Shown: positions 52,400 to 64,000 of the stretch, one piece after another
Numbering within the stretch: the first letter of the stretch is position 1
Layout of the letters: every line of letters begins with the position of its first letter
Origin: Sphyrna mokarran
Lineage: Eukaryota
Direction: 5' to 3'
Assembly: GCA_024679065.1 (NCBI GenBank)
Contig: JAGIQG010000005.1
Coordinates: forward strand, 99,572,001-99,636,000
Length of the DNA stretch: 64,000 bases
Made by a program: the position numbers and the translations under genes
The notes under the pieces: model-generated
What the model saw: only the letters and a program-made list of their open reading frames with translations
The model's database searches: none
Told to the model about the DNA's origin: nothing

Positions 52400-52765
52400 G
52401 GAACAGTAGTTAGCACTACTGACTCACAGTGCCAGAGACCCAAGTTCATTTCGGGTTACTGTAGAGTTTGCATGTTTTCCCTGTGATTGCGTGGGTTTTC
52501 ACCGGGTACTCTGGATGCCTCCCAAACTCCAAAGCTGTGCAGGTTAAGTGGATTGGCCATGCTAAATTGCCCCTTAGTGTCCAAAATAAGTAGGTTAGGG
52601 GAATTAATCGGATACTTGAGATTACTGGGATCAGGTCTGAGTGGGATTGCCCTTAGTTTCAGGGGGATTACATGGGATTACAAGGATGAGGCCTGGATGG
52701 GATTGTTGTTGATGCAGATCCAGTGGGCCAAATGGCCTCCTTCTGCGCTGTTGGGATTCTACACT
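52400..52765 (+). mobile_element. V-SINE (HE1-like) with internal duplication
   Basis: Head, V-domain, a duplicated CCCTTAGT..GGGGATTA segment and tail GGCCAAATGGCCTCCTTCTGC..GATTCTA. A 3' half copy lies at ~39835-40003. Confidence 0.7.
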
Positions 52766-54154
52766 ATAAGCTGTATTTAACATCAACTTCAATTACTGGA
52801 TAGCTTTGGGTCTCAATGCACTAAACTACTGCCTGTTGACTTCCATTATATACGATAGCCTAGAGTTTGTGATCACTTGTGCGGAAAGTTGATTATCACT
52901 ATGCTTGAAAGCCTCACTAAGAACTGTGACGACCTCTATAGCGAGAACTTTATCTTGCGTGCAACTATTTGCAGTGCCCTTTAATGGGGGTTCTCAACAT
53001 AGTGCTAAGCAATTCTATCATGCTGTCCATATGGCCAATTGTATAGAAAAATCCTTTCAGCCAGTTAAATAGGAAACAAAATTCAATTGCTTTTTTAAAA
53101 AAATTACACTGAGCAAATTAAAGATCAGGACGCATGGGGTGATGGTATAAACCAAAATAGTATTTGAGAAAGGCTTTAAAATGAATTAGTCATTAATCAT
53201 AAAGGAGATTTTTAACAAATTTCCGTAAATATAACTTTTTTCGTTGGCTGTTTGTTGTTCAGCAATAGTTATTACTCAGATTGCTGTTTACAAACTCTTG
53301 ATACATCTGATTGAACACCGTGTAATATTTTATGGAGTTTCTAACAGTGATGTGAGTAGGAATTGGGAAATTCTCACCTCAATCACTGATTCCAAGTAAT
53401 TGCAGGCTCTGCCAGGAGTTGTCTACAGTGCAGCTTATGGTGGAGGACTGAGTTACTGACCAAAACTTCAGAATTCCCATGTTTCTCTGCCCATGTGCTA
53501 AATTCTGAGGTTATGGTCAGTCTTCAGGGGAAATGACGGTGCATGCTGACAGTTTGTTGTCAAAACCCCCAGCAAAATCTGAACAGTTATTTGTTGAAGT
53601 GTAATGCATGAAGCAAAAATGTGAGTGATGAGTGGCGTTTATCCCCGTACATCCAATTATAAACCTTTAATATAATAAATGTGCAAGTTTGCTGCCAGAT
53701 AAATGTTCCAGAAAAATGGTTGCACAAGATGCTAATGTGCTCTTCTTTTCAATTAGGTTCAATTAGGATTAGGTTGGATTATTGAATGACTAAATAAAAT
53801 AATTTACTTAGATTTTTGAATTGACTACTAATATAGGGCGCTGTTAGCAATCCTGATTTAAAGCATAATGTTTCCTATGAGTTTGAAAGTGTGCATCTTT
53901 TAATCTTGTTAAGTATACTTGTTGTGCACAGCAGTATTTCAAACTTCTTTGAAATAGCATCCATGGGAACTAGTTTAATGGATTCAATTAACGTTCCTTT
54001 ATTAGGGTTCAAATATTTGTTTAGATTTATTTTCCCATGTATTATGTGCATTCATAATGATCCAAATCTAACTTTTGAGAAAAAGGGAATGCAAAACCTT
54101 CACAAACAGAATGTTTCGGAAAAGGTTTTTGCGTTGCTTCTCCAAAATAAACCA

Positions 54155-54482
54155 TCATAGAACCTATAGAATCCTTACAGTGCAGAAGGAGGCCATTCAG
54201 CCTATTGAGTCTGCCCCAAACTCAAACCCACCTAGGCCCTATTCCCGTAACCACATATATTTGTCTGCTAATCCCCTGACACTAGGGTCAATTTAACTTG
54301 GCCAATTCACGTAACTCGCACATCTTTGGACTTTGGGAAGAAACAGGAGCACCCAGAGGAAATCCATGCAGCCACTGGGAGAATGTGCAAACTCCACACA
54401 GACAGTGACCCATGGCCAGAACTGAACCCAGGTCCCTGGTATTGTGAGGTAGCTGTGCTAACCATTGTGCCACCATACCGCC
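54155..54482 (-). mobile_element. V-SINE (HE1-like), full length
   Basis: GGCGGTATGGTGGCACAATGGTTAGCAC head, V-domain and (TTCTAT)n tail. Confidence 0.8.
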
Positions 54483-55269
54483 TCTGGTCACTAGTCACCT
54501 AATATTTCACGACACCATTATCCACAGCATATCTTTTTGATATGTGGGGTTTTCCTCCTTAACTCGTGGAATTCAATAACAGTCTGCTTACCTTCTATTT
54601 CCAAACAATTTTGTCAGATTGCTTATACAACAAATGTATGTTGTAGGAAAGTATATCCTGTCCTAAATAGTTGCAGTTTTTTCCTGATGCCTTTGGATTA
54701 GGGCTATTCAAATCCTGGCTGAACGTCAGGAGGACCAGTGAAAACTCTAATCGAATAGTTGAAGCTTCAGGAACCAGATTGCAAAAATCAAGTCATCTCC
54801 ATGCTTGTGTTTTGAAGTTTGGATAACATGAGTAATATCAGACTTAAAATTCTGGGCTGTCTTTATGAAATAAGCAGCAACAGGTGGAGTAGGAACTTTT
54901 TGCAGGCCAGAGTTATGTAGCTCAATATTTGACAGTTGCTGCGGTGAGATATCGGGGTTATCAATTGATAGATACTGGATACTGGACTGTACATTGAGAC
55001 TTTACAGCTCACCAAGGCAGATTCAATGGCCCAGCCAAAAGTCCACTGACTTTCAGCAAGATTGGATGATCTTGATAGCAGACAGGGCTGGAAAATCCTG
55101 CTGTTGGTTTAGCAGCTGGAAGTCAGGCCTGTACCAGAAGATCCTTTGCCAATATGTATCAGTGGTAAGAAAAATCAAGTGTAAATCAAGTGAGTGTAAA
55201 ACTGAGAAGTCAACTAGCTGCTGACCATTTTCCATCTAGTGGGAAAATCGCTCCCATAATCCTGTGTCA

Positions 55270-56760
55270 GATCAACCTACAGAAAAGTACTGGGGATGAG
55301 GAGAATGGAGAAGCCTCTCCTTAAAGCAAGAAAGTTTAAGGGCAGCTTTGATTGTTATTTTCAAAATTACGAAGGATTTAGATAGAGAAAATAAGAACAA
55401 ACTATTTCCAGTGGCTGAATGCTTGGTAACCAAAGGATGATTGGCAAAAGAATCAGAACAACATGTGGAAACATTTTTTTCTGTACGCAGTTTGCTGTGA
55501 TCTATAATACAGTTCCTGAAAGGATGGTGAAAGCAGCTTGTCAGAGCTTTCAAAAAGCAATTAGTTAAATACTTGAAAGGGACAAAAAGGGAAAGAGTAG
55601 AGGGAATGGGATTAATTGGATAGTTCTACTAAAGAACAAGCACAAGCACAATGGGCTGAATGGCTTTCTTCTGTGCTGTGTCACTTTGATTCTACACGCT
55701 GCCAAACAAAACACATAACAAGTAGAAGCAGTAGTTGGTCATTTGGCACCTTGGGTCTGCTCTACGCTTAAAGAAGATCATGGCTGATCTGACTGTGGCT
55801 TTAAATCCATTTTCTTATTTTCTATCTATCTGCCATCTTCTTTGACTCCCTTGTCAGTCATCTGTCTAACTGGCCCTTGAAAATATTTATTGATTCCAAA
55901 GATTATTGATTCTCTGAGAGAAGAAATTCCATCTTGTTCTCCTTGAATGTGAGTTCCTTTGTTTTTAAACTGTGCTCCCTCATTCTAAATGCCTTCGTAA
56001 GGGGAAGCAAGTTCTCAGTTTCTACTAAGCCCTCTCGGAATCTAATGTTTCAGTAGGATCACTTAGCATCCTTCTCAACCCCAATCAGTAGAGGCCAACA
56101 CGCTTAACCTTTCCTCCATAAAGCAATCCCTTCAGAGCTAGAAATAAGCCAAGTAAGCATTCTCTGAACTGCCTCCAATATAAGTATATCCCTCCTTAAG
56201 TAATGAGGCTAAAACTCTACACAGTACGCTATTTGTGGTCTCATCAATATCCTGTATGATTGTAGCAAAATGTCCCTACTTTTGTATTCTATTTCCCTTG
56301 CATTGTGGCTAACATTCCATTTGCCACCCTAATTATTTGCTGTACCCACATGCAAAGTTTTTGTGATTCATAGACAAGGACACTCAACTTTTTCAATACT
56401 GTAGCATTCCATAGTCTCTCCATTTAAATAATATTCTGCTTTTCTATTCCTTTCGTCAAATGGACAACCTCAAATTTTTCCATGTTTATACTCCATCTAC
56501 CAAATTTTTGCTTACTCAATTAACCTACCCATATCCCTTTACAGACTCTTCTTTTCCTTCCTGCAACATGCACTCCTGCCTACCTTTGTATCGTTGGCAA
56601 GTTTGGCAGCAATGCCCTCCATCCAAGCCACTAATCAATGTCATAAATGTTTGAAACTCCAGCAGTGAACACTGTGAAACTCCACTTGTTACAATTTGCT
56701 AACGTGAGAATAACCTGTTTATCCTGTTCAACTGTTCCCTGTTGACAAATCCTCATCTCC
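55270..56760. mobile_element. Two tail-to-tail CR1 3' fragments (~55270-55690 +, ~55715-56760 -)
   Basis: Degenerate CR1 C-terminal motifs and terminal hairpins (GGGCTGAATGG..CTTCTGTGCTG). Confidence 0.7.
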
Positions 56761-57439
56761 AGATCCAGCATTTTATCACAACACCTCCAAAAATATTGCA
56801 CAATAGTTTAAAACACTTCGCAAAAGCAGATTTAAATTAAATTTTATCTCTTCTGTAAGTTCGATGCCAGGTCCTTGAAATGGCACTGATGCACCATCCA
56901 TCTTGCAGCTCAGCACTTTTTTTTTTTACAGAGTGATGTGTAAACTTGTTCAATGGATCTACCAAGTCCAAACTGGGAACTTGTGTGTCTCATCAGGTAG
57001 GGATGCATGACATCAGGGTATCGTTGATTCAGTTGCTTCCAGGGCACATGGACACTTCATGTGGATAGTCTGTTCAAGCGGATACAGTATGCAGGCTGCA
57101 CCAGAAGCAGCTGGCAGCACAGTACAATGCACACCCCCTGGCAGGACGTAAGGCGCATGTAGCAACACCTGATGTTCAGTGGAATAAACTATCGTTGTTC
57201 CTGGATTTACTTGTGAAAATGTTCCCAACCCTCGTTTGTGGTGTTTGTTTTTTCATTCTTTCCTTATATCTGAGAAGTTGATATGGATGATGTTTTGTCT
57301 AACGTGGCAATGGGTTAATCGCCAGCACCTTGAATTTGAGCTGTTTGTCTGTGCCAGTTTGCCATGTTTTAACATGGGAAGTAGAGTACATAAATTCTTG
57401 AGTGACTGCTTAGTGGAACACCTTCATTCAGTACACAAG

Positions 57440-57799
57440 CATGACCCCAGTCCTCCTGTTGTTTGCTATTTTATCTTCCCCTCACGCTCATGTTTCTGTC
57501 TTTGACCTGCTGCAATGCTCTAGTGAAGACCAACGCAGACTGGGGGAGTTTTCTAACTCAGCATGTTACAGCTCTAGGACTCAACATTGAGTTCAACAAC
57601 TTTTGACTGAAGTTTCTCCTCCATCTTAAATCTTTTTTTAACAAGTATCCCATGTGTGTATTGTCTCAGTGCAAATCAAGTCTCCTCCCCCTCATACAAC
57701 AGGCTATCTTGTTGCAATCTTCCACAGCAACACTTTAATATCTAACTCTCTCTCTCTTCAGTTCCAACGAAGACCTGAAATGTTAATTCTGCTTTCGCT
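57440..57799 (+). mobile_element. Penelope-like 3' relic (GIY-YIG C-terminus plus degenerate hammerhead region)
   Basis: Degenerate ..SVFDLLQCSSEDQRRL..GLNIEFNN, then CAGTTCCAACGAAGACCTGAAATGTT. Related pseudo-LTR pieces lie at ~62934-63060 and ~24070-24150. Confidence 0.6.
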
Positions 57800-58110
57800 A
57801 TCGTTTCTTGGCCTTTTGGCTAAGATCAGGTGTAGTATCAGTGTGCTGCACTTGTTTGAAATCATGAAGTTGGACTGAGGCTTCATTTGAAGCAATTTTT
57901 TTAAAACAGCTTTTTGGATAAGATGCAAATGAGATCAAGCCTCGGAGAAGGTGCAATGCCTGCTCCAATCAGCTTGGATCATGTAGATCAAATCCAAGAC
58001 AGGAAGTGAGAGCTCTGTCTTGTCATCTTAGATTGGGAATGTCTCAACTTGTTGAGACTCTGAATTGGACTTGATTTGATTAAATTGGATTAATTTTTTT
58101 TAAAAAAGAC
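57800..58110 (+). mobile_element. U2 snRNA-headed short retroposon (SINEU-like), copy B
   Basis: ATCGTTTCTTGGCCTTTTGGCTAAGATCAGGTGTAGTATC (57800-57839) is U2 nt 1-40 with 3 substitutions. The body is colinear with copy A and ends AAAAAAGAC. No clear TSD. Confidence 0.85.
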
Positions 58111-58149
58111 ATTACTTCATGTAAGTAGAAATTTAAACTGTTATGGTTA

Positions 58150-58462
58150 GGGGGTGGCATGGTAGCACAGTGGTTAGCTCTGGTGCCTCACAACTCAAGG
58201 ATCTAGGTTCAATTCCTGGCTTGGGTCACTGTCTGTGTGGAGTCTACACATTCTCCCCATACCTGCATGGGTTTCCTCTGGGTGCTTCGGTTTCCTCCCA
58301 CTGTCTGAAGGACATGCTGGTTAGGTGCATTGGCTGTGCTAAATTCTCCCTCAGTATACTGAACAGGCACCGGAGTGTGGCGACTAGGGGATTTTCATAG
58401 TAACTTCATTGCAGTGTTAATGTAAGTCTATTTGTGACACTAATGAATAAGCTTTCAACTTT
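58150..58462 (+). mobile_element. V-SINE with alternative (Rex1-like) tail, full length
   Basis: GGTGGCATGGTAGCACAGTGGTTAGC head, GGTTCAATTCC B box, V-domain and tail ..GTAACTTCATTGCAGTGTTAATGTAAGTCTATTTGTGACACTAATGAATAA. Confidence 0.8.
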
Positions 58463-61233
58463 AAAAAGAAACTGCATCACTGAAATTGTCCTTTAAATTG
58501 CCTGCAGTCATTTTGCTTTTTCTTGGGCTTTGAACCTTTTTTCTCCTTGAAGTCTCTACATCCTCTTGAGTCTTCTTGAGCTATTCGGCAATGTTGAGCT
58601 CCCCAATTAAACAGATACTCATCCGCCTCAGCATTTTTTTTTTAACTTAACCACAGCTCCGCTTTGACCATGTGGCAAAAATCTTGGAACCCATTCATTG
58701 GCTTTCTTAGTGAGGAACAATTCTGTTTGAGTCATTTTCTTAATCTTTGCCTCATGATAGTGATGAAGCACCGGCCCAACAACAAACAGCAAGCAAAATA
58801 CCATCGTCGAAGGTTTTCCTTCATCTATCTTCCCCTATCAATATTCAACATTATGGGAATACAGCCAATGCTTGAGTTCAGAATCTTGTTAAAGTTGCTT
58901 TGGTGACTGGAAGTGCTTATCTAAAATATTTCCACATGTACTATAGAATAGATTATTCTAATCTCTGAATTCTAGCTCTATTTCAACCATGACAATGAGC
59001 TGATGGAAGGTTATGACTTCAGCTACCAGATACAGGATACAGACACTAGGAATACCAAAAATTTTGGTTCACAGCTTCCGCACATTTATTTTTAGTAATT
59101 TTAATGACATGGCCATGGAGGAGGAGTAGTTTGAGCATCACTGGGGTGTGTTTTTACACATGGAGCAGCTGCTCTTACTGGGGACCATTGCTGAATTGGT
59201 GGGAAATTATTCTGGATTACGATTGTTTTTTCAGTTCAACTTCACACTTGTATCTCTCCCCACTTTGTGCATTGTGGAGGTCCAAATCGTGAACCTCATT
59301 AAAAACGCAGGGGAGCGGGGCCTACTTGTGCCAGAGTCTGACATTCTGAAGCTCTGCGCAACCCTAGTGGCCCAAATCTGTCAGTCTCCCTGTTTCCTGG
59401 CCAGCTTGATCACTGGCCAGACCGGGACCTCTGCAGTGCTGCCCCTCCAGCCCCCTTCCATGGCCCTCCGCAACAATTCCCAGGGCAGCCCTGACCGCCC
59501 CAGAGTGCCGTGATGTCCAGTGTCCCCCTCCCTCCGCATCCAGCAGACCCCAGTCCGCCCTGATTGCTGGCCTCCTCCAGCCCAGACAGATTGCCAGGCA
59601 AAATGGTAGTGAGAACCCCCCATGCCCACAATAAGCCCTGCCCCCTTGGCACTGCCTGATGTCTGGGCAGTGCCAAGAGGCCCCCTCTGCACAGGCACTT
59701 TGCCCCTTGGGCAATGACAGTGGTTGCAGGCTGGCACTGCCAAGATGCCTATGTCTGGGGGCACCACTCCTCCACCGTCCAACTCCCTGGGGGACCCCGA
59801 TTGCCTCTCCTTCGTTCTAACGGGATGTCCTGCTGGTTCCCCAAATATGGGGAGCTACTTTAAACTCCACCGGAATGAAGTACTCTTGGCGGGATGAGAA
59901 ATTCAATCGGGACCAATAAGTTCAAGATAATGAAATGCTAAACATATTTAAACGACATTAAAAAAAAATTCAAATGGCTTGCCTCTCTTCCTGCTGGTTT
60001 CCAGTGTGGTCTGGATTCCAAATGTTCTCTGGCTCTGGGAGATGCACATGCATTCCTGGTGCATGTGCAAATCCTGGAAAAAGGCCAACGACGCGCATTT
60101 GCCATCCCGACTCACCAGAAGAATTGTGGTTCGCAATGAGAAAATTGCCTCCGATATTACCAAACAGTTGAGCATCCAGCCACAGTTCTTTGTTCCTGTC
60201 CTGCTGTCCCTTGTTTTTTTGTTAAGAAATGAGAGACCTTTGTTAAGTGTAACTCATTGAAAAAAAAATTAAAAGTCCGATAAGAGGATTGACACTTTTT
60301 TTGTTATTTGGCACTATTGCTGTTAATTTAAGGTTATTTTTGTGCTTAGAAATGAAATTAGCCAATACGATGAATAAAATAATGTAACCAGCATCACAAA
60401 AGAGACACCTTGTGCAGTAGGATGACAAAATGACCTGAAGCAATTTTGAATGAGGAAAAATCAGTTTTCTTTTTGCTCCTTTTCTTGCTGTCTCTTACTG
60501 CTTCTCTGTTATTTAATCTGTAAATTTATGTGAACAAATATTTGTAGTCCATTTGTTGGCCTCTTGCAGCTGTCTTTTCCAACTGGGACTCAAACACATG
60601 GTGGCTTTCCCATCCCTACTCTCAGGTGATCAATATGACTGGAGGATAACTGTCCCATCTGGATGCTAAAGTAACTGGTACATTATCAAGACACGGGTTT
60701 TGGATCATGAGAGACCTGACCACCTTATGAAAATGGTAGATTTGTTAAATGAATGTCTTATGTACATTTTCTCATTGGAAGAAGGAGGTAAAGTCAAAGC
60801 AATCACTTGTAAACTAAAATGGCCTTGTACAAGCTTTTAAATCAACACATGCAAACAACATAATGATCATCTGTATTAACTTGAAGTTTCCATGAGTTCT
60901 GCAGAATGTTTTAATCAGAAACACAGGTTGTCACTATTGAGACCACTTGAGCAAGATAACCAGTTCTCATAAGTGCCATCTGAGAGGCACCAACAAGCAC
61001 CAGACTTCCCTAAGGGCAAGAGGGGTGGTTGTTCAAAAGATAATATTCTGCAGGTAAGCCTCATCATTGAAGGTCAGTTAGCTCAGTTGGCTGGACAGCT
61101 GTTTCGTGATGCAGAGCAATGTTCGCAATGCAGGTTCAATTCCTGAACTAGTGGAGATTATTCATCAAGGCCCAGCATTCTCAACCTTGCCCCTTGTCTG
61201 AAGTGTGATGAGCCTCGGGTTAAATCACCACCA

Positions 61234-62186
61234 AAGAACAAAACAGCACGGGAAACAGGCCCTTCGGCCCAACAAGCCTGCGCCGCCACCTCAATGTTGC
61301 CAGTTCTATTCGTGATCCCTGTCTAAGTTTATAGATCTATGCATTGAAACCAAATTTGAGACAATTTAGGGAGAATTTGTTCTGCCAATCAGCCTAAGAG
61401 CACATCTTTGGGATGTGGGAAGAAACCAGAGCACCCGGAGAAAAGCCACACAAGCATGGGGAGAATGCGCAAACTCCCACAGATACCGGCCCAAATCCAT
61501 GTATCTGCACAGCACAGCAATAGTCACTGAGCTGTCGTGTTGCCCATCAAATGGTCCAGGTCAAGTGTACACTAACGACGTGAAGCAGTAGGATACTCTC
61601 GAAAAAGATCCAAGAGCAGTCCTCTCATGACCCATTGCGTGTATGCCACTTGTTAGACAACAAGGCGGACCAAAGTACCTGTAGGATAAAACAAATACAT
61701 CAATATCATTGACAATTTACACACTTTCCAGGGAACTCCCAAGGCTCATGATCCCTATTTTAAATCAGTTTTCTATACCCCTCCATTCCCATTCTGTTCA
61801 TGTGCCCATCTAAGTATTTCTTAAATAACTCCAGAGTGCCTGCCTTCACCACTTTACTTGGCAGCGCATTCCATACCCCACCACTCTCTGTGTGAAAAAA
61901 CTCCGTCTAGCATCCAAATTATACCTTACCCCTCTCACCCTAAGCCCGTGACCCCTCGTGCTATTTGAGTCCATCCTAGAAAGAAGCTTAACCCTGTTTA
62001 CTCTATCTATACCCCTCATAATCTTGTACACCTCTATTAGATCTCCTCTAAGTCTAAGTCTTTCTGAGGAAAACAGTCCCAATTTGCCTAACCTCTCCTC
62101 GTAACTCAGACCTTCCATACCAGGCAGCATCCTGGTAAACCTCCGCACTCTCTCCAGAGTCTCCACGTCCTTCCGGTAGTAAGGCG
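61234..62186 (-). mobile_element. CR1 3' end with the same extended V-SINE-containing 3' UTR, copy 2
   Basis: ORF 61846-62166 (LERVRRFTRMLPGMEGLSYEERLGKLGLFS..) followed by the same UTR as 31433-31980. It is inserted in a tRNA-SINE (61072-61233 / 62187-62228) with ACCA repeated at both junctions. Confidence 0.85.
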
Positions 62187-62559
62187 ACCAGTCAGCTCAA
62201 AGGGTCATCTAGGGCAATGGCAACTTTACAGACCCATCATGAGAAAAAGGCTTTTGTCATAAACACAAGATGTGTTGATTAAATATGTGATGTTTATAAT
62301 GTGTTTCAATTGCATTTGCCAACTGTCGAATCACGTTTAGGACATGAAAGTTATAGATGATTAGGTTCTAAGAAACTAGGCTTCTGTGATTTTTCTTTTC
62401 CGTGAGTGGAAACCTAGAAAAGCAGCAAATGTCAAAATAAATTGCAAGTGATTTTTGATTTTGTCTTTGTATTGAATCTCTGAAGGAAATGGTCCTAATT
62501 GTTGTCACATAGTTATTGCACAAGTGGACTGCATTCTTTTATATCTGGTTTCATGTGTG

Positions 62560-62750
62560 CCTTGCACTCTTTTCATCTCACCACCATCTGTGCCTTCAGC
62601 TATGCAGGGCCTAAGCTCTGGACTTTCCTTCCTAAATCTTTCACCTTCTGTCTTGCTTTAAGAAACCCTCAACCCTGCCCCTTAATACTACTTCTTTGAT
62701 CAAACTTCTAATTGCTCCTCCAATGTAATTGTCTGTTATGCATTTTAGAT
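62560..62750 (+). mobile_element. L2 LINE 3' fragment
   Basis: GCCTTCAGCTATGCAGGGCCTAAGCTCTGG (AFS.AGPKLW); similar pieces at ~58480-58690 and ~63885-63980. Confidence 0.5.
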
Positions 62751-62933
62751 GGTTTTCCTTTTTTAAAATTGTTGTATAAAAGTAAGCTATAGTAAGCGAA
62801 TGAGTAGTGGAGAAAATTTGCAATATAAATGTATTGAAGTAGACGTGTGAGAATCGGAAAATTTGTATCAACAGCATTTAAGAACCTAGCCATTAGTTAA
62901 ATAATGCTACTAAGAAAACAAAAAATTTTCAAA

Positions 62934-63060
62934 AACGAAGAGTCATCCAGACCCAGAACGTTGGCTTAATCTCTGCACAGATGCTGTCAGCCCTGCTGAG
63001 ATTTTCCAGTATTTTTCTGTTTTTGTTTCAGATTCCTGTATCCGCAGTATTTTGCCTTTT
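62934..63060 (+). mobile_element. Short Penelope-related pseudo-LTR fragment with a decayed hammerhead
   Basis: ACGAAGAGTCATCCAGACCCAGAACGTT..CAGATGCTGTCAGCCCTGCTGAG..TCCGCAGTATTTTGC. Confidence 0.55.
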
Positions 63061-63306
63061 AAAAAAAATTTCCAGTTGTTCATCTGAAATGTTGAAACAG
63101 ATGAGCAATTTTTAAAAGTAAAAGATTGTTGAGAAATCTTAAATTTTGCAACAATTTGCTTGATTTTTGTGGTAAACAAGTTCTGTAGCATAAGGATGAA
63201 TATTTTGCTTTTAAGCCTGTTCCTGTGTAGGATTGAAGATGTCTTGATGTCCATGTAGTTTTTAAATACCTCTCAATACTATATTATCTGTAGTATTAAA
63301 GTCATC

Positions 63307-63407
63307 GGGTGGGATTCTCCAATTGCACTCACTCCAAGACCGGAAAATCTCGCCTGAGGTCAGTGGGCCATTGCATGGTCCATGTCTGTGGTGGGAAAAT
63401 TCCGCCC
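63307..63407. mobile_element. MITE with GGGC-type TIRs (probable non-autonomous PIF/Harbinger)
   Basis: GGGTGGGATTCTCC ... GGAAAATTCCGCCC imperfect 14-bp TIR. Related termini occur at ~63710-63878 and ~55085-55255. Confidence 0.6.
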
Positions 63408-64000
63408 ATTTTGTCCTGCCGACTTTGATTTCCAAACCCTTGCAGTGATCATGCCGATAAGATTTTTGATATTGTATCCACGTTAAATTATACCTCTGCT
63501 GTCACATTTTAATAAGATTCCCTCTTAATGTGTTAAGACTGTGAGGTTACAATTTCATACGCTGGCTGCAAGCATCTATGAGAAGGATGTGCTGATTAAT
63601 TTTTGTTTTTTCAAAATCCCCTGTCAGTAATCTTATGAAAGGTGTGTATTGTAGAATATTAAAGGTTCAATTCTTCAACCCTAGTGTTTGTTAAAGAATT
63701 CTCATCCTTGGGTGGGATTTTCCGGTGAGTGGCAGCAAGACAATCTGCCATTGGATGGCTGTGGGATCTTATGGTCCAGCCATTGTCAGCAGGATTTCCC
63801 ATTGATTACACATCTCACTGTTGGAAAATGCATAGCTAGAAGATTCCAGTGGTGTGGATGGCATGAAAAATCCTGCGCTTGTTTCAAACGTCTCCATGAT
63901 CTCGGTCTTCCCTATCTTTTTAATTCCTTTCAACTCTATGACCTCTTAAGATATCTGTACTCCTTCAATTCTAGCATATCCCAGTTTTAACTGCTGTAGC

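Noticed and set aside
57800-57990. Functional U2 snRNA gene
   Set aside because: Only nt 1-40 match. Stem II, the Sm site context and stems III/IV are absent, and the upstream sequence is a Penelope relic rather than a PSE/DSE promoter.
59104-60260. Cluster of GC-rich ORFs on both strands
   Set aside because: No recognisable protein; the composition matches a non-autonomous transposon interior.
61072-61150. tRNA gene
   Set aside because: A/B-box-like motifs are present but there is no proper cloverleaf, and it continues into a SINE body. The same applies to the V-SINE and Deu-SINE heads.
62934-62965. Second active hammerhead ribozyme
   Set aside because: The core boxes are mutated (no CTGA, GAAA lost); the same holds at ~57760-57785 and 48715-48750.
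42838-64000. Next PXDN exon (expected YLYKNEIQ..-like LRR)
   Set aside because: Not found by eye. ATATCTGTAC near 63951 lies in an L2 fragment and does not continue as an LRR, so the exon is probably beyond the window.

Overview
Eukaryotic, repeat-rich intronic DNA (~40% GC by eye). The repeat content (HE1-type V-SINEs, Deu-domain SINEs, abundant CR1 LINEs) points to a cartilaginous fish, most likely a shark (inference). The only host coding sequence I can support is two 72-bp leucine-rich-repeat exons of a peroxidasin gene (PXDN-like, + strand, matching vertebrate exons 2 and 3) at 26542-26613 and 42766-42837. The rest is intron filled with decayed, often nested transposons: CR1, a Zenon/Crack-like CR1-group LINE, Rex1/Babar, Vingi, L2, Penelope-like elements, a PIF/Harbinger transposase relic with MITEs, and a probable solo LTR. 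Most listed ORFs are LINE debris or spurious. The main candidates for novelty are: (1) two dispersed copies of a ~310-bp retroposon whose head is the first ~40 nt of U2 snRNA, joined to a structured non-U2 body (SINEU-like); (2) a Penelope-like insertion with inverted pseudo-LTRs carrying an intact minimal hammerhead ribozyme; (3) a CR1 family whose long 3' UTR contains a captured V-SINE; (4) an ORF1-less LINE with a tRNA-SINE-like 5' end that matches short head+tail SINEs; and (5) a perfect 183-bp templated inverted insertion in an old CR1. Exon, target-site duplication (TSD), U2 and ribozyme coordinates were counted by hand. Other repeat boundaries are approximate.
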